IMG/VR virus record: IMGVR_UViG_3300020044_003994
Span: 1 to 57,629 of that record
Strand: one strand, 5' to 3'
Source: a virus
Taxonomy: Duplodnaviria; Caudoviricetes
DNA: 57,629 bases
Part shown: positions 54,018 to 57,629 of the stretch, piece after piece
Layout of the letters: every line of letters begins with the position of its first letter
Position numbering within the stretch: position 1 is the stretch's first letter
Made by a program: the position numbers and the translations under genes
Notes under the pieces: model-generated
Databases searched by the model: none
The model's input: the letters and a program-made list of their open reading frames with translations, nothing else
Told to the model about the DNA's origin: nothing

Positions 54018-54476
54018 TTAAAGACCTTTACCAAAAACGACCTTGGTGCTACGTTCTTTGAACATAGGCATCCGAGGGTCACTTTCTCGCATGAAGGTGT
54101 TGTCCACCGAGGCCATCTGCGCATCTGCTTGATTAGAGAAATACGCATCACGATCTACAGTAAATTCCACTGGGGTTTTGCAAAGCAACAATCCACCGAT
54201 CTCAATACTGTCTGGGAAGCGGTTAGCTTGTCCGCCCATCAAACGAATTTCGGGGTGTTCTGACGCTTTTACTGGCTCCCATCCTTCACGGAGTTTCGAG
54301 GAAATATTCAGAGCATCTGAAGTACCAAGTGTGCTTAAGCGGATCCAACGGAACGCATACCCTTCCTCTGGATGAGGGTCAGGTAGAAGTTGGGGAGGTG
54401 CCCATTTACGGGGACGCTCTGCTCCTGCACGGCTTTCGGTTTCCCGCTTAGCGCGAGTTTGTACTGCATCTGTCAT
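54018..54476 (-). CDS. Conserved head-region protein
   Basis: FRWIR, LREGWEPV, GGLLLCK.P. Confidence 0.65.
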   Translation of the reverse strand: MTDAVQTRAKRETESRAGAERPRKWAPPQLLPDPHPEEGYAFRWIRLSTLGTSDALNISSKLREGWEPVKASEHPEIRLMGGQANRFPDSIEIGGLLLCKTPVEFTVDRDAYFSNQADAQMASVDNTFMRESDPRMPMFKERSTKVVFGKGL

Positions 54477-54478
54477 TT

Positions 54479-55429
54479 TTAAGTCCTCATTTGTTCCGCA
54501 ACCTTACGCGCATAGAGTTCCAAAGGAACGCCTAGACGTTTGGCGATATTTACTTGGGTTTGAGTTAGCACGACCTTTTTAGGGGAAGAGCTTCTCGTTG
54601 CTGGCGCAACCACATTCGATTTGGTTCGCCGTTCTTCCTTTTCAGGCTTCTCAGCGGGCTCCTCAGACTCGAAGGCATCTGGGAACACTTGGCGCATACG
54701 AGAATTTACCTTCTCGTAGTAATCATCTGAAGTCGGATCCACTCCATTTTTGACTAGCTTGTTGTGGAGTACAAGCGCAAAGCCAGTCATCTCATCGTCC
54801 GACCCAAACCAAAGATTCGATTCTCTCCACTTCTCCGCTTTGGGATCCGTGGGAGCCGAACTTTGCGGTATTGTTACCGAAGTTTCTTCTTCTTGTAAAG
54901 AGGCAGGCTTAAAATTGTTCACCCGGTCAAGTTTTATCTTGGTGGATGTCAAATTTTCCTGCGCGTCTACCAAGGCTTCAGAATCCCCAGCTTCATACGC
55001 TTCTTTGTACTTTCGGCGGGCCTCTTCCATCTCCGCAGCAACAGACTTTTTGGCCTGCTCCAGCAGAGCATTCTGCCCCTGATTGAGAGATCCTTTGAGC
55101 TTTTTGTTCTCTTCAACGATGGTTTGAGCCACCCGAATAGCCTCTTCTCTCTCCTTCAAAGCCTGTTCGGTACGCCGTTTTTCCTCGTGATAGCCCTTTT
55201 GTAGGTGCTGAATACGCCGTCTGACCTTCTCGCCGTACTGCGAAAGCTCCTCTTCATCAGCATCTTTAGGAGGTTCCTCCATCTTTTTGCTGTTTTTGGG
55301 CGTGTCATCGACAATTTCTACCTCGGATTCCCCCTCGGCTTCAATTTCAATTTTGATTTCCTGCTCTTCATCACCCTTTTTGGCCTTTTTATCAACCTCA
55401 TCAGGGAATTTGTACTCGGTTTTGTCCAT
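54479..55429 (-). CDS. Capsid scaffolding protein
   Basis: Acidic coiled coil; W...N.WFG; C-terminal IAKRLGVPLE.YA. Confidence 0.75.
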   Translation of the reverse strand: MDKTEYKFPDEVDKKAKKGDEEQEIKIEIEAEGESEVEIVDDTPKNSKKMEEPPKDADEEELSQYGEKVRRRIQHLQKGYHEEKRRTEQALKEREEAIRVAQTIVEENKKLKGSLNQGQNALLEQAKKSVAAEMEEARRKYKEAYEAGDSEALVDAQENLTSTKIKLDRVNNFKPASLQEEETSVTIPQSSAPTDPKAEKWRESNLWFGSDDEMTGFALVLHNKLVKNGVDPTSDDYYEKVNSRMRQVFPDAFESEEPAEKPEKEERRTKSNVVAPATRSSSPKKVVLTQTQVNIAKRLGVPLELYARKVAEQMRT

Positions 55430-55438
55430 TTTTGCTCC

Positions 55439-55837
55439 TTACGCCCGTGTTACGCCACGGGGATCTTGCACAACAGCTTCAACAGAGTCATCATTGATGA
55501 TTCGGAACTCTTTTCCGTGGATTTTGATGCGAGTACCAGTGTTGGGTCGAACCAACACAAAGTCTCCCACCTTACAGGAAGGCCCAGAAGGGAATCGCTT
55601 CTCGTCTTTGAAGGCATCTGGCCCCATTTTCACGACAAAAAGCACTGGTGACAGTAACTCTTCATAGTGCATGGTCTGCCCAGCCTTCACCAAACCGCTT
55701 TCATACTCCTCATCAATGTCCGGTAGGACACATAACAAGTGGTAGGTAGCTGGATCTGGCACCTGTTTTGCCTTTTCTTCCGCCGAAGCATTCAAAATGC
55801 CCGACAAATCTACGGCTTGAACATCAAACTCAGTCAT
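55439..55837 (-). CDS. groES: GroES-like co-chaperonin
   Basis: SGL, V.K.GP.A, CKVGDFV, G.EFRIINDD.V.AVV. Confidence 0.8.
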   Translation of the reverse strand: MTEFDVQAVDLSGILNASAEEKAKQVPDPATYHLLCVLPDIDEEYESGLVKAGQTMHYEELLSPVLFVVKMGPDAFKDEKRFPSGPSCKVGDFVLVRPNTGTRIKIHGKEFRIINDDSVEAVVQDPRGVTRA

Positions 55838-56027
55838 CTTCATCATCCTTTAGTTTCCGCACAAGGTCATTGATTTCCATCTGTGCGGTTTGCAGACCTC
55901 GGATTGCTCCGCACAGCTCTTTGTAATGGGCATAGTCTTTAGCTACGCCATCACTCAGCACTCCTAGATGTTGATTGATGTGTTCTTGAATCTTCTTGTT
56001 CAAAACATCTGCCAGTTTTACATCCAT
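55830..56027 (-). CDS. Small head-region protein
   Basis: DY..Y...CG.IRGL. Confidence 0.65.
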   Translation of the reverse strand: MDVKLADVLNKKIQEHINQHLGVLSDGVAKDYAHYKELCGAIRGLQTAQMEINDLVRKLKDDEDD

Positions 56028-57629
56028 TACTCTCTACCCTTCATTGATTCCAATTGCCGAATAGCCATGTCTGACTGAATGCGTGCTTTGGCCTGCAACT
56101 CTTGGGATTGGATTCGCTTCATCTCTTTTGCAATGTCGCCATCGATTCTTTTCCTCTCAAGCTGCAACTTCTCCATAGAGATCTGTGAATCAATCTGATC
56201 CTTCTGCACCTTGCGCTGAACATCGGCCTTCTTAATTTCCAACTCAGTTTGTTGAATTTGAATCAGAGGATCTTTTGCGGCTTGCTCAGCTTGCTGCTGT
56301 TGACCCTTGGCTTGATTTGCCTGCATAAGCTGCTGTGAGCCTTGCGCCACCAAGCGAGACAACTGCACTTCAACGTCTTCCGGCAAATCAGCATCTGGAT
56401 TAGGCAGCGGAACACCGACTTGCTCTTCAACATCCTTGCGATATTTGAAGGCCAAGTGTTCTGCAATGTGCGCCATGATTGCAGCTTGCATCTGCTGGGC
56501 CATTGGGTTCTGACCAATAGTTGCCGCAATCATTGGGTCTTGCATGAACGATTGGTGCGCCATGATGTGAGCATCTTGGTCTTGGTAGATAAACGCCTTT
56601 GTCGGTTCGCCTCGCAAGAAAGCCATGTTCTCGCTGATCGGATCCCGTGGTTTCTGATCGTCCTTAGTGGGAACTAGCTTATCTGCATTCTTAACCCCCA
56701 GCACTTCAATCATCTGACGATGCAACTGAGGCAAGTTGTAAATCTGCGGAGCCTGCTGCGACAACTGAATGATCGCCTGATACTGCATGATCCGCTGGGC
56801 CATCGTTGCAGAGTTAGGGTCTGACACTGGAATTACTTCCACCATGTCATAGTCTTCTTGCTTGGCTTTACGGTTCCCGCTCTCAGGGTCGTACTCATAC
56901 TCTTTGGGAGCATAGTCACGAATAATGCTCTTTAGGATTTTGAATTCCTGCTTCATTGAGAAATGCACACGGGCCTGCACAGCAGACATCGTTTTTAACT
57001 GCCTCTCAAGCAAAGCCAGCGTAGTACCCACAGGAGCATTTGCGCTCATATCACTGACCTTCATGTCAGCAATAGAACCCAATCTACGACCTTCATCAGT
57101 AATGCGCTCTAACAAACCGGCCAATACTTGACTCGGTTCCTTATAAGGAAGAGCCATGATGTTGTCTTTGATCGACCCGCTAGGTACATCCACATCCCTA
57201 AACTCACCAGGAGAGATCGGTGTATCGTCACCCTTCACTCGCAAACCACGCGACTTCAAACCGCCAGGTAGATTGCTCAACGTACCGGCATCGATCAATT
57301 GACGAATCAGCGATGTGCCAGCCCGTGCATATCCACCGATCAAATGTATGTAGCCAAATCCATAAGCACCAAAACCTGGAACATAGTCATACTGCACCAT
57401 ATGCTGACGCTTCAAGCGCATCACATCTTCTTCATCGTAGTTACGATAGATCGACAAAACCTTACCCGTTCCGGCATCTATCGACACGATGTAAGGTAAG
57501 GCGATCTCATCTTCATCTTCATACCCAGGCATTTCGTAATCGATCTGCACTTCATAGACCTGATACCGATCATCGTCAGTCAAAGAGTAGCCTTGCTCCT
57601 CGGCCTTCTTCTTCTCTACGTCAGTATGA
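56027..57629 (-). CDS. Portal protein (5'-truncated by the window edge)
   Basis: RQLIDAGTL.NLP.G.K.RG, PGEFRDVD, LPYKEPS; Q-rich barrel-like C-terminus. Confidence 0.85.
   Translation of the reverse strand, partial: HTDVEKKKAEEQGYSLTDDDRYQVYEVQIDYEMPGYEDEDEIALPYIVSIDAGTGKVLSIYRNYDEEDVMRLKRQHMVQYDYVPGFGAYGFGYIHLIGGYARAGTSLIRQLIDAGTLSNLPGGLKSRGLRVKGDDTPISPGEFRDVDVPSGSIKDNIMALPYKEPSQVLAGLLERITDEGRRLGSIADMKVSDMSANAPVGTTLALLERQLKTMSAVQARVHFSMKQEFKILKSIIRDYAPKEYEYDPESGNRKAKQEDYDMVEVIPVSDPNSATMAQRIMQYQAIIQLSQQAPQIYNLPQLHRQMIEVLGVKNADKLVPTKDDQKPRDPISENMAFLRGEPTKAFIYQDQDAHIMAHQSFMQDPMIAATIGQNPMAQQMQAAIMAHIAEHLAFKYRKDVEEQVGVPLPNPDADLPEDVEVQLSRLVAQGSQQLMQANQAKGQQQQAEQAAKDPLIQIQQTELEIKKADVQRKVQKDQIDSQISMEKLQLERKRIDGDIAKEMKRIQSQELQAKARIQSDMAIRQLESMKGRE

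Noticed and set aside
1-57629. Prophage or temperate integration module
   Set aside because: No integrase, CI-like repressor, att site or host genes recognised; lifestyle cannot be determined from the window

Overview
This window is most of the genome of a tailed dsDNA phage with podovirus-like organisation. It has no tape measure, but has large internal virion proteins, a gp10-like tail hub, a Mu-gpT-like major capsid, GroES and a 5'-truncated portal; no terminase, integrase or DNA polymerase lies in the window. Layout: small early genes (1-6.1 kb, +); primase, SF2 helicase, ParB-HTH and about 23 tiny cassette-like genes (6.1-14.2 kb, -); a ~1 kb noncoding, RNA-structured control region (14.2-15.26 kb); nuclease, glycosyltransferase, HNH, exonuclease, ERF and PAPS-reductase-like genes (15.3-21.9 kb); virion and lysis genes (21.9-57.6 kb, -). 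Three signals are not explained by the ORFs. (1) The palindrome GGWAACGTTWCC occurs 14 times exactly (about 0.014 expected) plus 11 one-mismatch copies, in all three reading frames and intergenically, alongside an orphan ParB-HTH gene that itself contains a site: a candidate parS/ParB-like system without ParA. (2) An ncRNA locus holds a ~64-nt sRNA antisense to the RBS/start junction shared by the cassette genes, two constant-stem/variable-loop hairpins abutting a tRNA-like RNA with an expanded anticodon loop, and a switch-like leader. (3) A Phi-x-x-G-G motif recurs across virion-region proteins. All family calls come from motif recognition by eye, and counts are from a manual scan, not database searches.
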